Source: Obrimoposthia wandeli (taxonomy: Eukaryota). Taken from it: DNA of 64,000 nucleotides. The notes below the pieces were generated by a model. It was given only the letters and a program-made list of their open reading frames with translations, was not told where the DNA came from and ran no database searches. This document shows, piece by piece, positions 20,819 through 32,981 of this stretch. The stretch lies in contig CDROCS010000644.1 in NCBI GenBank assembly GCA_977020255.1, positions 1 through 64,000 on the forward strand, in the 5' to 3' direction. Position numbers and translations under genes: made by a program. Every line of letters starts with the position of its first letter. Position 1 is the first letter of the stretch.

Positions 20819-22072
20819 ATGGAGATAGCAGATTTATATAAGTTATATATTCAACACGGTTTAGTTGATACGGATACTAGAAATATTAGGAATAATACTA
20901 TTTTTTTTGCATTAAAAGGGGAAAATTTTAATGGAAACAAATTTGCTGAAGAAGCCTTAGTAAGAGGTGCTATTTTTTCGATTATTGATGAGATAACATA
21001 TAAAACTTCAGAAAATATAATTTTAGTTGAAGATGTGTTAAAAACACTTCAAGAACTAGCAAGATACCACCGTGATATGTTAGGTATTCCAATTATTTCC
21101 TTAACAGGAAGTAATGGTAAAACGACAACGAAAGAGTTAATTAATACTGTATTATCATCAAAATATAAGACTACTGCAACAATAGGTAATTTAAATAATC
21201 ATATTGGTGTGCCCTTAACATTGTTATCGATGACGGAAGCGACCGAAATTGGTATAGTTGAAATGGGAGCAAATCATCCTAATGAAATCGCTTTCTTGTC
21301 AGAGTTATCTAATCCAGATTTTGGATACATCACAAATTTTGGAAGTGCACATTTAGAAGGTTTTGGCTCAATTGATGGAGTTGTAAAAGCAAAATCTGAG
21401 TTATATGATTTTCTAATCAATCATAAAAGAAAGGTTTTTGTTAATACTGAAGATTCAATTCAATTAGCTAAAACTACAAAAGCAGCTGTTGTTTTATTTG
21501 ATGAATCTATTATCTATATATCTGCGAACCCCTTTGTTAAATTATCATTTGACTCACTTGAAATAGAAAGTAATTTAATTGGTGCATACAATTTTTCAAA
21601 TATTGCGGCAGCTATCACTATCGGTCGTTATTTTAAGATATCAAAAGAGAAAATAAAAGAAGCAATTGAAAACTTTATTCCATCAAATAATCGATCTCAA
21701 GTAATTGATACAGATCATAACAAGGTTATTCTTGATGCGTATAATGCAAATCCAACGAGTATGAAAGCTGCTTTAGAAAGCTTTAAAGCTCTTGAAACCG
21801 GACATAAAACTATTATTATTGGTGATATGTTTGAATTAGGAGATTACAGCGCTAAAGAGCATCAAAATATAGTTGATTTAGCCACGGAATTTAAATTTGA
21901 TTCAATGTTTTTTATTGGAGAGAATTTTAATAAAACAAACACAAACTATCTTAAGTTTTTAGGTTTTAAGGAGTTGGAAGAACATCTATTACATAATCCG
22001 ATAAAAGAAAGCGTTATTTTGATAAAAGGATCAAGAGGGATGGCTTTAGAAAGAGTTGTAGCGCTTTGTTAA
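20819..22072 (+). CDS. murF: UDP-N-acetylmuramoyl-tripeptide--D-alanyl-D-alanine ligase
   Basis: TGSNGKTTTKE, NNHIGVPLTL, EMGANH, DAYNANP, KGSRGMALE. Start placed at MEIADL. Confidence 0.96.
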   Translation: MEIADLYKLYIQHGLVDTDTRNIRNNTIFFALKGENFNGNKFAEEALVRGAIFSIIDEITYKTSENIILVEDVLKTLQELARYHRDMLGIPIISLTGSNGKTTTKELINTVLSSKYKTTATIGNLNNHIGVPLTLLSMTEATEIGIVEMGANHPNEIAFLSELSNPDFGYITNFGSAHLEGFGSIDGVVKAKSELYDFLINHKRKVFVNTEDSIQLAKTTKAAVVLFDESIIYISANPFVKLSFDSLEIESNLIGAYNFSNIAAAITIGRYFKISKEKIKEAIENFIPSNNRSQVIDTDHNKVILDAYNANPTSMKAALESFKALETGHKTIIIGDMFELGDYSAKEHQNIVDLATEFKFDSMFFIGENFNKTNTNYLKFLGFKELEEHLLHNPIKESVILIKGSRGMALERVVALC

Positions 22073-22923
22073 AGAATGTTTTTTTGATGAAACTTCACTA
22101 AATTGTCAATTGGACGTTGAATGATATCGGTAATAATTAGATTATTTTTTAGTGCTACTTCTTCTAAAAAATCGCTAAAATAATAAGCGATTGAACCTAT
22201 GAAATAAATTGGTGTTTTAGTGTTCTTGGTATAAGGTAATATTTGGTATTTGAAATACTTCTGAAATCCTTTTTTTATTAGTTTTTTAATGTATTTATTG
22301 TCTTTATATTCAAACATAAATTCAGCAAACGAAGCTAAATACATATTTGGATTTGGTTTTTTATATAAATTTATTTTAACGAAATCTATATCAAGGTTAA
22401 ATTGATTCGCAAATAATTTAGCCAAGTTTTTAGGCATTTTTTGATAATAGAAATCTCTAAGTAACCGTTTGCCAAAATAATTGCCACTAGCTTCGTCCAT
22501 AATGGTATATCCCAAGGATGGATGAACTTTGTTTATTGAAGTTCCGTCATAATAACAACTATTAGAACCTGTTCCTAAAATACAAACAACTGCTGGTTTG
22601 TTAGAAGTAGCAGCATATACAGCTGCTAAAAGATCTTCTGAAATAGTGATTTTTGCATTAGAGAAAACTACTCGTAATACCGCTTCTAAAATCTGAATAG
22701 CTTGTAACGATCCGCAACCTGCTCCGTAAAAATGAATCTCTTGTACTTGCGATTTTATAGCCATTAATTCTGGCGCTTTCTCAATTCGATGTAATAATTG
22801 ATCCTTTAAAAGAACTGCAGGATTTAAGCCTAATGATTTAACTCTGAAAAGCTCCTTCTTATCACTTTTATTAAGAGCAATCCAATCTACTTTTGTTGAG
22901 CCTCCGTCTGCAATTAAAATCAT
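22069..22923 (-). CDS. BadF/BadG/BcrA/BcrD ATPase family (N-acetylglucosamine kinase-like)
   Basis: IADGGSTK, FYGAGCG, ILGTGSNS, LGY..MDEASG. Confidence 0.85.
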   Translation of the reverse strand: MILIADGGSTKVDWIALNKSDKKELFRVKSLGLNPAVLLKDQLLHRIEKAPELMAIKSQVQEIHFYGAGCGSLQAIQILEAVLRVVFSNAKITISEDLLAAVYAATSNKPAVVCILGTGSNSCYYDGTSINKVHPSLGYTIMDEASGNYFGKRLLRDFYYQKMPKNLAKLFANQFNLDIDFVKINLYKKPNPNMYLASFAEFMFEYKDNKYIKKLIKKGFQKYFKYQILPYTKNTKTPIYFIGSIAYYFSDFLEEVALKNNLIITDIIQRPIDNLVKFHQKNIL

Positions 22924-22926
22924 TAA

Positions 22927-24834
22927 CTATTTGTTTTTTGTGCTAATATCTAGCTTTTCATAAACCGAATTGTTAGACTTATATTCAGGAACAATATTTT
23001 TTATAAGTTGTACTGTCTTTTGATTATTTAGCTCTTGATTAGAGATACATAAATTAGTGATTTTGTCGATAATAAAGAGAGCGTCTATTTCTTGGTTTTT
23101 AGCAATCATTATCTTCTCATGATAGGTCGCAGCAGTGTTTTCTCCATCGGCTAAAAGCTCTTCATATAATTTTTCTCCAGCCCTTAAACCTGTTATTTTT
23201 ATATCGATATCTTCAGGGAAATTTAATCCCGATAAATGAATCATTCTCTTCGCAATCTCATATATTTTTACAGATTTCCCCATATCAAATATATATATCT
23301 CACCACCATTTCCCATAGTACCAGCTTCAAGAACCAAACAACAAGCTTCTGGAATAGTCATAAAATAACGCGTTATATCTCTATGAGTAACCGTCAAAGG
23401 ACCTCCATTTTCAATTTGCTTTTTAAAAAGCGGAATTACAGAACCATTAGACCCTAAAACGTTTCCAAATCGTGTTATTGTAAATTTAGTATTATGAGAG
23501 GTAGAGCTACTTAAAGAACTAATATACATTTCAGCAACTCTTTTTGTTGCACCCATAACATTGGTAGGATTCACAGCTTTGTCTGTTGAAACCATTACAA
23601 ACCGCTCAATATTATGCTTAATTGATAAATCAGCAATGATTTTTGTGCCTCCAACGTTTATTTTAACAGCTTCATAAGGACTCATTTCCATTAAAGGAAC
23701 GTGTTTGTAGGCGGCAGCATGAAAAACTTTTTGAGGTTTGTATTGCTCAAAAATGTTTGACATTCTTTTTTCGTCTTTTACATCAGCAACTATAGAAGTA
23801 ATATTTTCTCTACCTTTTTGGATAAGTTCTTGTTGAAGATCATATAATGCAGATTCAGCTTGATCAATTAATACAAGATGTTTGTGATTGTAAGAACTAA
23901 GTTGTCTCGAGATTTCAGAGCCAATAGAGCCTGCAGCACCAGTAATTAAAATTACCTTATTATTAACATCTCTTTTAATTATTGGATTGTCTATAGAGAT
24001 TGGTTTTCTGTCTAGTAGATCTTCTATTTTTATAGTTTTAATTTGATTGGCTTCTAAATCGCCATCAATCCATTTAGCAAGTGGTGGTACAATCTTAACT
24101 TTAACATCTAGCCCTAATAAATCATCAGTAAGAAAAAGCAGTTTTTCTGATTTTATATTTTGTATAGAAATTATAATTTCATCAATATTTTTACTCTTAA
24201 TAAACTCTTTAGTTAATGTTTTACTGTTGTAAATTTTAATACGATTAATCTTTTTACCAGCTTTTTTTTCATCATCATCAATAAAACCTAAGATTTCATA
24301 TTTATTTTTACTATCTCTGTTTAACGCTCCATAGGTTATTAAGCCCGAGTCTCCAGAGCCATAAATTAAAACATTTGTAATTGTATTTAATTCTGTTGAA
24401 ATAATTTCAAAAAAAGCTTTAAAAACATATCGGCTAATAATTAAAACTAGAATAGAAATTAAATAATGAATAATTAGGATTGACTTAGGGATAGTAAAAC
24501 TAGGAAACATGTTAAAAGTATTATTAATCAAAATAATACTCATGGTAATAAGCGAGAGTAAAGATACTCCTGTAAGAATATTAAAAGCATCTCGAGTACC
24601 AGTGTGCCTTATAATACCTTTATATGAGCCAACAGAAAGAAAACTAATAAGAGCTATAACGCCTATAAATGGAATTTGATAGTATAAGTTTTCTTGATCA
24701 AAATCTAATGAAGCATTAAAACGAACAGTATATGCTAAAACAAAAGATATACATACCAGAATTATATCTATCGTTAAAACAATCCATCGAGAAGCATATT
24801 TTTCAAAAGCTTTTAAAAAAAGTTTCTTTAGCAT
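22927..24834 (-). CDS. Polysaccharide biosynthesis nucleotide-sugar 4,6-dehydratase (WbpM/PglF/CapD family)
   Basis: N-terminal TM segments, ITGAAGSIGSE, HAAAYKHVP, STDKAVNPTNVMGATKR, RFGNVLGS, GEKLYEEL. Confidence 0.93.
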   Translation of the reverse strand: MLKKLFLKAFEKYASRWIVLTIDIILVCISFVLAYTVRFNASLDFDQENLYYQIPFIGVIALISFLSVGSYKGIIRHTGTRDAFNILTGVSLLSLITMSIILINNTFNMFPSFTIPKSILIIHYLISILVLIISRYVFKAFFEIISTELNTITNVLIYGSGDSGLITYGALNRDSKNKYEILGFIDDDEKKAGKKINRIKIYNSKTLTKEFIKSKNIDEIIISIQNIKSEKLLFLTDDLLGLDVKVKIVPPLAKWIDGDLEANQIKTIKIEDLLDRKPISIDNPIIKRDVNNKVILITGAAGSIGSEISRQLSSYNHKHLVLIDQAESALYDLQQELIQKGRENITSIVADVKDEKRMSNIFEQYKPQKVFHAAAYKHVPLMEMSPYEAVKINVGGTKIIADLSIKHNIERFVMVSTDKAVNPTNVMGATKRVAEMYISSLSSSTSHNTKFTITRFGNVLGSNGSVIPLFKKQIENGGPLTVTHRDITRYFMTIPEACCLVLEAGTMGNGGEIYIFDMGKSVKIYEIAKRMIHLSGLNFPEDIDIKITGLRAGEKLYEELLADGENTAATYHEKIMIAKNQEIDALFIIDKITNLCISNQELNNQKTVQLIKNIVPEYKSNNSVYEKLDISTKNK

Positions 24835-24869
24835 TGATTGTTTGTTTAGAGTAAGAAAAAAAGTAAAAC

Positions 24870-25385
24870 TTATATTTTCTTCATTTGTTGTTTCATCATT
24901 TGCATTTGTTCTTTTAGCATACCATGTTTGTCTAATTTTTTAGCTTCAGTCATTAAAATAGTTGCTTCACGTTTTCTGCGTTTCGTCATTGCTATTCCTG
25001 CTAATTGCAACTTTGCCATTGCTAAATCATGATCCATACCTAAACCTAACTTAACAGCTTTTTTTAAAAATTTTTCTGCTTGTGTTATATTCGTTTGACT
25101 TAACATGATGCCATGTAAGTAGTTGTAGTAACCTTCTTGTTTTTGAATTAAAGCAGTCGATGGATTTTTTATATAATCTAACCATTTCTTAGCACCTTCA
25201 AAATTTTGTTTACGTAATTGCATGAAAGCAAGTAATATAAATTCGTTTTTGAAATAGAAGAAAACGAAAATACCTGCCAGCAAAAGAATAGAAATTCCAT
25301 TCATTATATGAACTTGAGCAAACTCATAAATAGCCCATAAAGTAATCAACCCTGCAAATCCTAATTTTATATTTTTATTGAACAT
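24870..25385 (-). CDS. Conserved membrane-anchored TPR-like hypothetical protein (DUF2892-like)
   Basis: Two N-terminal TM helices followed by TPR-like helices (YYNYLHG, AEKFLKKA). Confidence 0.6.
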   Translation of the reverse strand: MFNKNIKLGFAGLITLWAIYEFAQVHIMNGISILLLAGIFVFFYFKNEFILLAFMQLRKQNFEGAKKWLDYIKNPSTALIQKQEGYYNYLHGIMLSQTNITQAEKFLKKAVKLGLGMDHDLAMAKLQLAGIAMTKRRKREATILMTEAKKLDKHGMLKEQMQMMKQQMKKI

Positions 25386-25443
25386 TTTTTCTTTTTTTAA
25401 TCAACGCACAAAAGTACGTTTTTCTGTTAAAATATTTGTGAGT

Positions 25444-28400
25444 TTATTTTTTATAAAACTTTTTATATTTAAGCCAAGCGAATAAACCTAGAATAGAAAC
25501 AAAAGTAATAGAGTAATAAACTGAGGTAGGTGTAATTACCTTGTCTCCACTGGCATATGAATGCAAACCTGATAAATAGAAATTGACACCAAAGTAGGTC
25601 ATCATTATTGAAGCAAAAGCGATAATAGTCCATAAATTAAAGGTATATCTACCTCTTAATCCCGGAATTAAACGCATGTGTAAAACAAACGCATATACCA
25701 TGATTGAGATTAACGCCCAAGTTTCTTTTGGGTCCCAACCCCAATAACGCCCCCAGCTTTCGTTAGCCCACATTCCGCCTAAAAAAGTACCAATCGTTAA
25801 TAAAACCAATCCAACTGTTATAGACATTTCATTGATAATGGTTAACTCCTTTATATGAAGATCCATTTTTTTCTTGTTCTTCGAATTGGTGAAAATCATT
25901 AAGAATAAACTAAAAACACCTAAGATCATACCTAAAGAAAAAGGTCCGTAACTAGCAACAATAATAGAAACGTGTACTTTTAACCACCAAGAATTCAATA
26001 CAGGCTGTAAGTTTGCAATTTCTGGATCTAACCAATTCTGACTTGCAAAAAACAAAGTAATAGCAGTTATAAAAGTAGCTGCAGCAATTGTTAAGGTTGA
26101 TTTTTTTCCTAGTGATAAACCAAAAAACATCGTTGCCCAAGCAACAAAAATAATAGATTCGTACGCATTACTCCAAGGAGCATTACCACTAATATACCAT
26201 CTAGATAGTAAGCCTAAAGTATGTAGGATAAAGAAGCCTATAATGATAGCAATCAATCCTTTTACGACATAATTTATCCATTTTTTGTTTGAAAAAACCT
26301 GAGCGATTAAAAAGATAATTAAAAGAATACTTGACAATCCGAAGTACTTAATCAAACGATTAAAAACATCAAATTCATTATACATAATCTCTAATCCAAT
26401 TTTATCTTCTGAAGGATACACTTCTTTTCCGAATTTTTTCTGAAACTTTTTAATGCCGTCTAAAACCTTGTTAGTTTCTGCGTAGTTTCCAGTTTTTCTT
26501 GAATTTTGTAAAAGTTGCATATACACCGGTAGTGATTGACGCACAAATACAGAATCGGTTCCTTTAAAACCAGCATTTAATGTTTCTGGCTGCGATACCC
26601 ATTTGTTATTCTCGTCATTAGGAATAGGGTAGATGCGTAACATACCACCACCTAAAGTTTGTGATAATAACCAAACTCTTTGTTCTATCTTAATAGCATC
26701 TGTTTCAAATTTACTCTGAATCTTCTTTTTCTTAGCTTCCGCGACTAATTTGCCTATTTTAGAGGTTCCTTTAGTATCATAGAAATCAATAAAACGCGCA
26801 TATTTTGCATCTTTAGCAACACCTAAAAGTTCTCTTATCTGCATATTTCCTTTTTCTAAATAGATAAACGGAATGTTTAACCAAAGCATTGGCATTTCTG
26901 TAATAGAAAGCAAAACTTGTGTAGGGTTCATGCCTTTAAAACTATTGGTATGTGCAACTTTTCTTACCAATTCAGAAGCTAAAGTGTGTGCCGGTTTCAT
27001 TCTACCACCAACATCTTGTATTACTAAAGTGCTAAATTGATTGGTATGTTCAGGGCTAGGCTTGTTGCCTATTAAAATAGAATCTATTTGTACTATTGAT
27101 AATTTTTTTGGTTTGTGCACATCACCATGTTCTTGTGCAGTTGAATTAAGAGATAAGAATAAAATGATTACAGATAAACCAGCTTTTTTTTGCTTGATTT
27201 TATCTAGTGAATTCTTTAAGTCGTTAAAACGAGTGTTTTTTATAAATAGGATAAAAGTTAAACCAAAGAATAATAATGTATAACCAACATAAGTAATCCA
27301 AGTACCTACGAAATCATGATTTACAGATAGGTGAGTTTGTTCGTGGTCACCATCAATTTTATAACTAGATTGAAATAATTTATAGCCTTTGTAATCTAAA
27401 ATATTATTCATAAAAATTCTAAAATCAAAAGTTTCTTCTTCGGCTATAACCGTAATTTCACTTGCGTAAGCAGCAGCGCTTTCTGAACCAGGATATTTTT
27501 CTAATTGAAAGTCATTTAACTTCACTTTAAAAGGTGTATATCGTTTTTTAGCGCCATACCAAGCTCTAAAGTTTAAATCTCCAAGGCTAAATTCTTCAAC
27601 ATTATCAACGTTAAATTGACCTCCATAAAATTCTACTCTTTTGGTTTCGTCGTTTGCAGTAATGTCAAAAATAACAGTATCGTATTTTTTATTATCTTTT
27701 TCTCCAGCAAGCGTTTTCATAATCCCTTTTTCAGGAGATTTCGGAATTACAAACTGCAATCCTTTTATGGTATGTAGTGTTAAGAACTGAAAGTGTTGTG
27801 CACTATCTTTAACAATCTGACCTCTTTTCTGATCAGCCATTCTAAGCCAATCACCATTATTTTTAGAGAACATTTTTAAATTATCTCCCTCGTAATAAAA
27901 GTTAACAGAAGCATTGTTTTCAGGTACATCAAAACTAACAAGTATGTTATGAATGTTTTGAGTGGTTCCTCTTTTAATATAGTGCTCGTGTCTGCTTCCG
28001 CTAGAACTTTCTACTAAAAATAAATGTTCTATTCCGTTTTCATCTAAAACAAGCTTCTTTTCAGACCACGGAATATAATCAACCAAGTTAAATATTATTT
28101 CATGTTGCTTTCCATCTTTTTTAGGCTGAAAAGTTTCTGTGAACTTTGCAGAATTACTTCCCCAGGCAGAAAGAAGTAGTTTGTTATTGGTTTCTTTTTG
28201 AAACTCGTTGTTATCAACAACAACATTTAAGTAATTGATGTCAGAAAAAAAAGTGTTTGTTGTTTCACCTTCATCAATAATCATAATTCCTTCATGGCTT
28301 ATGTAGCGAGTAACCCCCGCACCAATTAAAATCAATAAAAAAGAAGTGTGAAAAAGTAAAACGGCCCATTTTTCTTTTCTGTATAAACGGTATCTAAAAA

Positions 28401-28593
28401 TATTTCCAAAAAAATTGACTACAAAAAATCCCATAATCAATTCAAACCACCAAGTGTTATAAACTAACGCTTTAGAGGTTTGTGTTCCGAAATCATTTTC
28501 TATAAAAGTGGCTACTCCCATAGCGATGGCAAATACGAAAAAGAGTACTGCCGTTAAACGGGTAGAGTAAAGAATATCTAATATTTTTTTCAT
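25444..28593 (-). CDS. ccsA: Cytochrome c biogenesis protein, system II ResB-CcsA fusion (CcsBA)
   Basis: WWD domain (GGMWANESWGRYWGWDPKETW), PWSNAYES, conserved His residues, N-terminal ResB-like region. Confidence 0.92.
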   Translation of the reverse strand: MKKILDILYSTRLTAVLFFVFAIAMGVATFIENDFGTQTSKALVYNTWWFELIMGFFVVNFFGNIFRYRLYRKEKWAVLLFHTSFLLILIGAGVTRYISHEGIMIIDEGETTNTFFSDINYLNVVVDNNEFQKETNNKLLLSAWGSNSAKFTETFQPKKDGKQHEIIFNLVDYIPWSEKKLVLDENGIEHLFLVESSSGSRHEHYIKRGTTQNIHNILVSFDVPENNASVNFYYEGDNLKMFSKNNGDWLRMADQKRGQIVKDSAQHFQFLTLHTIKGLQFVIPKSPEKGIMKTLAGEKDNKKYDTVIFDITANDETKRVEFYGGQFNVDNVEEFSLGDLNFRAWYGAKKRYTPFKVKLNDFQLEKYPGSESAAAYASEITVIAEEETFDFRIFMNNILDYKGYKLFQSSYKIDGDHEQTHLSVNHDFVGTWITYVGYTLLFFGLTFILFIKNTRFNDLKNSLDKIKQKKAGLSVIILFLSLNSTAQEHGDVHKPKKLSIVQIDSILIGNKPSPEHTNQFSTLVIQDVGGRMKPAHTLASELVRKVAHTNSFKGMNPTQVLLSITEMPMLWLNIPFIYLEKGNMQIRELLGVAKDAKYARFIDFYDTKGTSKIGKLVAEAKKKKIQSKFETDAIKIEQRVWLLSQTLGGGMLRIYPIPNDENNKWVSQPETLNAGFKGTDSVFVRQSLPVYMQLLQNSRKTGNYAETNKVLDGIKKFQKKFGKEVYPSEDKIGLEIMYNEFDVFNRLIKYFGLSSILLIIFLIAQVFSNKKWINYVVKGLIAIIIGFFILHTLGLLSRWYISGNAPWSNAYESIIFVAWATMFFGLSLGKKSTLTIAAATFITAITLFFASQNWLDPEIANLQPVLNSWWLKVHVSIIVASYGPFSLGMILGVFSLFLMIFTNSKNKKKMDLHIKELTIINEMSITVGLVLLTIGTFLGGMWANESWGRYWGWDPKETWALISIMVYAFVLHMRLIPGLRGRYTFNLWTIIAFASIMMTYFGVNFYLSGLHSYASGDKVITPTSVYYSITFVSILGLFAWLKYKKFYKK

Positions 28594-28647
28594 CTGTAAA
28601 TCTGCTAAGTATAAAACTTCGCAAATTACGGTTAATGTATATAACTT

Positions 28648-29571
28648 CTATGATTTAGCGATTTTTAAAGAAATAAAACAAAAAGAATGATTTATATCCT
28701 TCATCTTTCTCCCCATTTGCTCAAATGTTTCAATGCGGTTTTTGGTGTTTTTTATAATGTCAGGATCAATTTTTAGCTTGTTTTTGTCAACCAGTAACAC
28801 AATTGTAGATCCTCCAAAAGCAAAATAACCCATTTCATCTCCTTTTTTTACTGATTGATTAGCGTTGTAAGTTTCAATAATGGTACCTACCATCGTTGCG
28901 CCAACAGGAGCTATTATAATTTCGCCTTTTTCTTCGGATGATAAAATGCAGTATTCACGCTTGTTCTCACAAAAAACTTTGGTGAAATTTGAAGCTAGTG
29001 CGTATGGTGAAACAGAGAAGTAATCTCCTTTTATTTTTGTCATTTCCGAAGGTGTTCCGCTATATGGAAAATGATAACGATGATAATCGTTTGGAGCTAA
29101 CCGTAAAATAATTAGCGATGAATTTTTGTGCTTCTCAGCTAATTTATCATTTCCTAAGAATTCTTTTAAAGTGAATTTTCGTCCTTTTATAAAGAAATTT
29201 TTAATGTCTGCAATGTTTTCGAAAGCTAACATTTTTCCGTCACCAGGTGAAACAAACCCATTTTCAATAGGGCGAGCGCTTGATTTTAGTGTTCTATAAA
29301 AGAAATCGTTAAACGAAGTGAATTCTGAAATTGATTTTTCAGCTTCATCAATATTAATATCTAACTGTTTAACAAAACCTTTAATCTTTTTTACAGATGA
29401 AGGTTTGTTCATCTTTTTACCGTACCAAGCAGATAAAAACTTGCGTTTGGCAACGGGTAAAACAGCCATTTTTCCGAACGGATTATTGTAAAGTAGTTTT
29501 AAGAAAACTTCACCAGGTGGAGTTTCGGTAATTAAATCGCCAGATTTTCTATCGATGAATTTTATTTTCAT
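28648..29571 (-). CDS. psd: Phosphatidylserine decarboxylase
   Basis: FNDFFYR, RLAPNDYHRYHFP, VGATMVG, GYFAFGGST autocleavage motif. Confidence 0.92.
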   Translation of the reverse strand: MKIKFIDRKSGDLITETPPGEVFLKLLYNNPFGKMAVLPVAKRKFLSAWYGKKMNKPSSVKKIKGFVKQLDINIDEAEKSISEFTSFNDFFYRTLKSSARPIENGFVSPGDGKMLAFENIADIKNFFIKGRKFTLKEFLGNDKLAEKHKNSSLIILRLAPNDYHRYHFPYSGTPSEMTKIKGDYFSVSPYALASNFTKVFCENKREYCILSSEEKGEIIIAPVGATMVGTIIETYNANQSVKKGDEMGYFAFGGSTIVLLVDKNKLKIDPDIIKNTKNRIETFEQMGRKMKDINHSFCFISLKIAKS

Positions 29572-29575
29572 AGTT

Positions 29576-31639
29576 TTATTCTTCTATACTATCAATTAAA
29601 ATAGTTAACATGTCAATAGCGGCTTGTGCAATTTTGGTTCCAGGCCCAAAAACACCTACAGCGCCTGCATCAAATAAATATTGATAATCTTGTGCAGGAA
29701 TTACACCGCCAACAATTACCATAATATCTTCTCTTTCGTATTTTTTTAACTCCCCAATTACTTGAGGAACTAATGTTTTATGGCCTGCTGCTAATGACGA
29801 AATTCCTAAAATATGAACATCGTTTTCAATAGCTTGTTTGGTTGCTTCTTGCGGTGTTTGAAATAAAGGACCAATATCTACATCAAAACCTAAATCAGCA
29901 TAACCGGTGGCAACTACTTTTGCGCCACGATCATGACCATCTTGCCCTAGTTTGGCAATCATTATTCTTGGTCTTCGTCCTTCTAGTTCCGAAAATTTAT
30001 CGGCAAATTCAATTGCTTTTTTAAACAACTTATCGTCTTTTATTTCTTTGCTATACACACCCGAAATTGTTTTATGAACCGCTTTATGACGCCCAAAAAC
30101 ACTTTCTAATGCATCAGAAATCTCCCCTAAAGTAGCTCTGTTTTTAGCAGCTTTTACTGCTAAGTCTAATAAATTTCCTTCATTAGATTTAGCACAAGCT
30201 GTTAAGTCGGCTAAAGATTTTGTAACCTTATCGCTGTCTCTTTTTGATTTGATATCGTTTAATCTCTCAATTTGCGATAAACGTACCGCTTCATTATCAA
30301 CCTCTAAAATATGTAAAGGGTCTTCTTGTGCGAGTTGGTATTTATTTACCCCAACAATTACATCCTGCCCGCTATCTATCTTTGCTTGTTTTTTAGCAGC
30401 AGCTTCTTCAATTCGCATTTTCGGAATCCCTTTTTCAATGGCTTTTGTCATTCCGCCTAATTCTTCAACTTCTTTAATTAATTCCCAAGCTTTGTTGGTA
30501 ATTTCTTCAGTTAGTTGTTCTACATGATAGCTTCCTGCCCAAGGATCAACAGTTTTAGTAATGTTTGTTTCTTCTTGTAAATATATTTGTGTGTTACGTG
30601 CAATTCGTGCAGAAAAATCTGTAGGTAAAGCAATTGCTTCATCTAAAGCATTTGTGTGTAAACTTTGTGTGCCACCAAAAGCAGCAGCCATCGCTTCAAT
30701 AGTTGTTCGGGCTATATTGTTAAAAGGATCTTGCTCTGTTAAAGACCAGCCGCTTGTTTGGCAATGTGTTCGTAAAGCTAAAGATTTTGGATTTTTAGGG
30801 TTGAATTGTTTTACTATTTTTGCCCACAACATTCTTGCAGCTCGCATTTTGGCAATTTCCATAAAATGATTCATTCCTATTGCCCAGAAAAAAGATAATC
30901 TCGGAGCAAAAGTATCAATATCCATTCCTGCTTCTAATCCTTTTTTGATGTAATCTAATCCATCAGCTAAAGTGTATGCTAATTCAATTTCGGCAGTTGC
31001 ACCTGCTTCTTGCATGTGATAACCAGAAATAGAAATAGAGTTGTATTTCGGCATAAAATCCGAAGTGTATTTAAAAATATCAGCAATGATTTTCATTGAT
31101 GGAGTAGGTGGGTAGATGTAGGTATTACGCACCATAAACTCTTTTAAAATATCATTTTGAATGGTTCCTGATAATAGTTCAGGAGCAACACCTTGCTCTT
31201 CAGCAGCAACAATATAAAAGGCAAGAATTGGTAAAACGGCTCCGTTCATAGTCATTGAAACCGACATTTTATCTAACGGAATTTGGTCGAATAAAATTTT
31301 CATATCCTCAACCGAATCAATTGCTACACCTGCTTTACCAACATCACCTTGTACGCGTTCATGATCTGAATCGTAACCACGGTGTGTTGCTAAATCAAAA
31401 GCTACAGAAAGTCCTTTTTGCCCAGCAGCCAAGTTTCTTCTGTAAAAAGCATTACTTTCTTCAGCTGTTGAAAATCCGGCGTATTGACGAATAGTCCAAG
31501 GTCTTCGAACATACATTGTTGAATATGGTCCACGTAAATTCGGAGCAATACCAGCAACGAAATCTTCATGTTGTTTACTTTCAATGTTTGATTTTTGACT
31601 TTGGTCTAATTGTATGTTTGATACGTTTTTTCTACTCAT
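29576..31639 (-). CDS. scpA: Methylmalonyl-CoA mutase, large subunit
   Basis: [29 protein letters not shown] (B12 DxHxxG), SSLAAGH. Confidence 0.97.
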   Translation of the reverse strand: MSRKNVSNIQLDQSQKSNIESKQHEDFVAGIAPNLRGPYSTMYVRRPWTIRQYAGFSTAEESNAFYRRNLAAGQKGLSVAFDLATHRGYDSDHERVQGDVGKAGVAIDSVEDMKILFDQIPLDKMSVSMTMNGAVLPILAFYIVAAEEQGVAPELLSGTIQNDILKEFMVRNTYIYPPTPSMKIIADIFKYTSDFMPKYNSISISGYHMQEAGATAEIELAYTLADGLDYIKKGLEAGMDIDTFAPRLSFFWAIGMNHFMEIAKMRAARMLWAKIVKQFNPKNPKSLALRTHCQTSGWSLTEQDPFNNIARTTIEAMAAAFGGTQSLHTNALDEAIALPTDFSARIARNTQIYLQEETNITKTVDPWAGSYHVEQLTEEITNKAWELIKEVEELGGMTKAIEKGIPKMRIEEAAAKKQAKIDSGQDVIVGVNKYQLAQEDPLHILEVDNEAVRLSQIERLNDIKSKRDSDKVTKSLADLTACAKSNEGNLLDLAVKAAKNRATLGEISDALESVFGRHKAVHKTISGVYSKEIKDDKLFKKAIEFADKFSELEGRRPRIMIAKLGQDGHDRGAKVVATGYADLGFDVDIGPLFQTPQEATKQAIENDVHILGISSLAAGHKTLVPQVIGELKKYEREDIMVIVGGVIPAQDYQYLFDAGAVGVFGPGTKIAQAAIDMLTILIDSIEE

Positions 31640-32981
31640 CTTGTAAACGTTCTTGTTCTAGCTTTTCAGCTAATCTTTTTTGAATAATAGGCTGGATGAG
31701 TGTTTTTTCGTTTCTAATTTTCATAAACGGAAAAAGCTCCAAATCATTCTTCATTTTATCTTTATCGTTCTGTATTTTGTTAGTTCCTAATAAAACTAAT
31801 TTTCCAGTATCGAATTTTGCTTGTTCTTTTTCTGCGGATTCTTTAATTTTTCGCTGAATGATCCCTTCTTTAAGTTGCTTTAAGAATCCGCCTCCTTTTT
31901 CAATTGTTTTAAAAATTTCTAAAGAATTGTGAGCTAATTGTTGTGTGATGGCTTCAATATAATAAGCGCCATCTGCATAGTTTTGAGCATCTGATAGTTC
32001 GCTTTCTTGTTGTAAAATCAATAATTGATTTCTAGAAATACGCTCGCCAAATTCATTCGAATGATGAAAAATATCGTCATAAGAAATATTGCATACAGTG
32101 TCAGCTCCGCCTAAAACAGCACTCATACATTCTGATGTTGTACGAAGCATATTTACATTATAATCGTACAATGTTTTGTTACGTAAGCTAGGTTGTGCAA
32201 ATAAATGCGCCTTATTGTTTTTAATAGCGTACTCTTTTAAAAGTGATGCCCATAAAATTCTAAAAGCTCTTAGTTTAGCTATTTCAAAAAAGTAGTTACT
32301 GCCTACAGAGAAATTAAAGTGGATGTTACTCGTTATTTTACTTCCGAAGTGGTTTAAGTATTCATTTGCGTGCGCAAGTGTGTAAGCAAGTTGTTGTGTA
32401 ATGTTGGCTCCTGCGTTTTGGTATGTTGAAACGTTAATACAAATAGCGTTATTAACTTTGTTAATGATTTCTTCAAATTCTTTGTGATCATTATTTAAGT
32501 TCGTAAACCAATTACCTGTACTTGTTAAATTACCAATAATATCAATGTTAAAATAACAATTATCAGAAGCTATGTAATTTGATAATTCAATAATAAATTT
32601 AGCGTCTAAAAACTTTACTTTAAAATAAAGCACGGTGTTTTTAAGGTCTAAATCTTGAAGTAGTGTTTTGTAATCGAATTTAGTTTTTGCTTTAAATTCG
32701 ATAGATTTCGCACCTCTTTTTAAAGAATCGATTGCAAAAGAATTTGCTTTTTTTTCATCTTCAATATAAATAGACTGACAAATATTGAATCCCTTTTCAG
32801 GAGTTGCTATTTTTGTTTTCGTTTGGTCTTCTTTAGTGTAAAAAGGCTTAACGGTAATTCCTTCGTCAGTTTTCCAGAGAAGCGTGTCGTTATAATCAGC
32901 ACCTTTAAGATCTACTTGAATTTTTTGTTTCCATTCAGCAGCGCTAATTTCGTTGAATTCGTTAAATAAATAAGTACTCAT
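31632..32981 (-). CDS. mutA: Methylmalonyl-CoA mutase small-subunit family protein
   Basis: [38 protein letters not shown]. Confidence 0.88.
   Translation of the reverse strand: MSTYLFNEFNEISAAEWKQKIQVDLKGADYNDTLLWKTDEGITVKPFYTKEDQTKTKIATPEKGFNICQSIYIEDEKKANSFAIDSLKRGAKSIEFKAKTKFDYKTLLQDLDLKNTVLYFKVKFLDAKFIIELSNYIASDNCYFNIDIIGNLTSTGNWFTNLNNDHKEFEEIINKVNNAICINVSTYQNAGANITQQLAYTLAHANEYLNHFGSKITSNIHFNFSVGSNYFFEIAKLRAFRILWASLLKEYAIKNNKAHLFAQPSLRNKTLYDYNVNMLRTTSECMSAVLGGADTVCNISYDDIFHHSNEFGERISRNQLLILQQESELSDAQNYADGAYYIEAITQQLAHNSLEIFKTIEKGGGFLKQLKEGIIQRKIKESAEKEQAKFDTGKLVLLGTNKIQNDKDKMKNDLELFPFMKIRNEKTLIQPIIQKRLAEKLEQERLQDE

Noticed and set aside
28648-28720. Slightly extended C-terminus of psd, possible frameshift
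   Set aside because: All catalytic motifs are intact and no convincing alternative frame was found; the evidence is too weak.
31632-32981. Mutase small subunit lacking a C-terminal B12-binding domain
   Set aside because: The small subunit is non-catalytic, the ORF is intact and coupled to its neighbours, and this short form is usual in this family.
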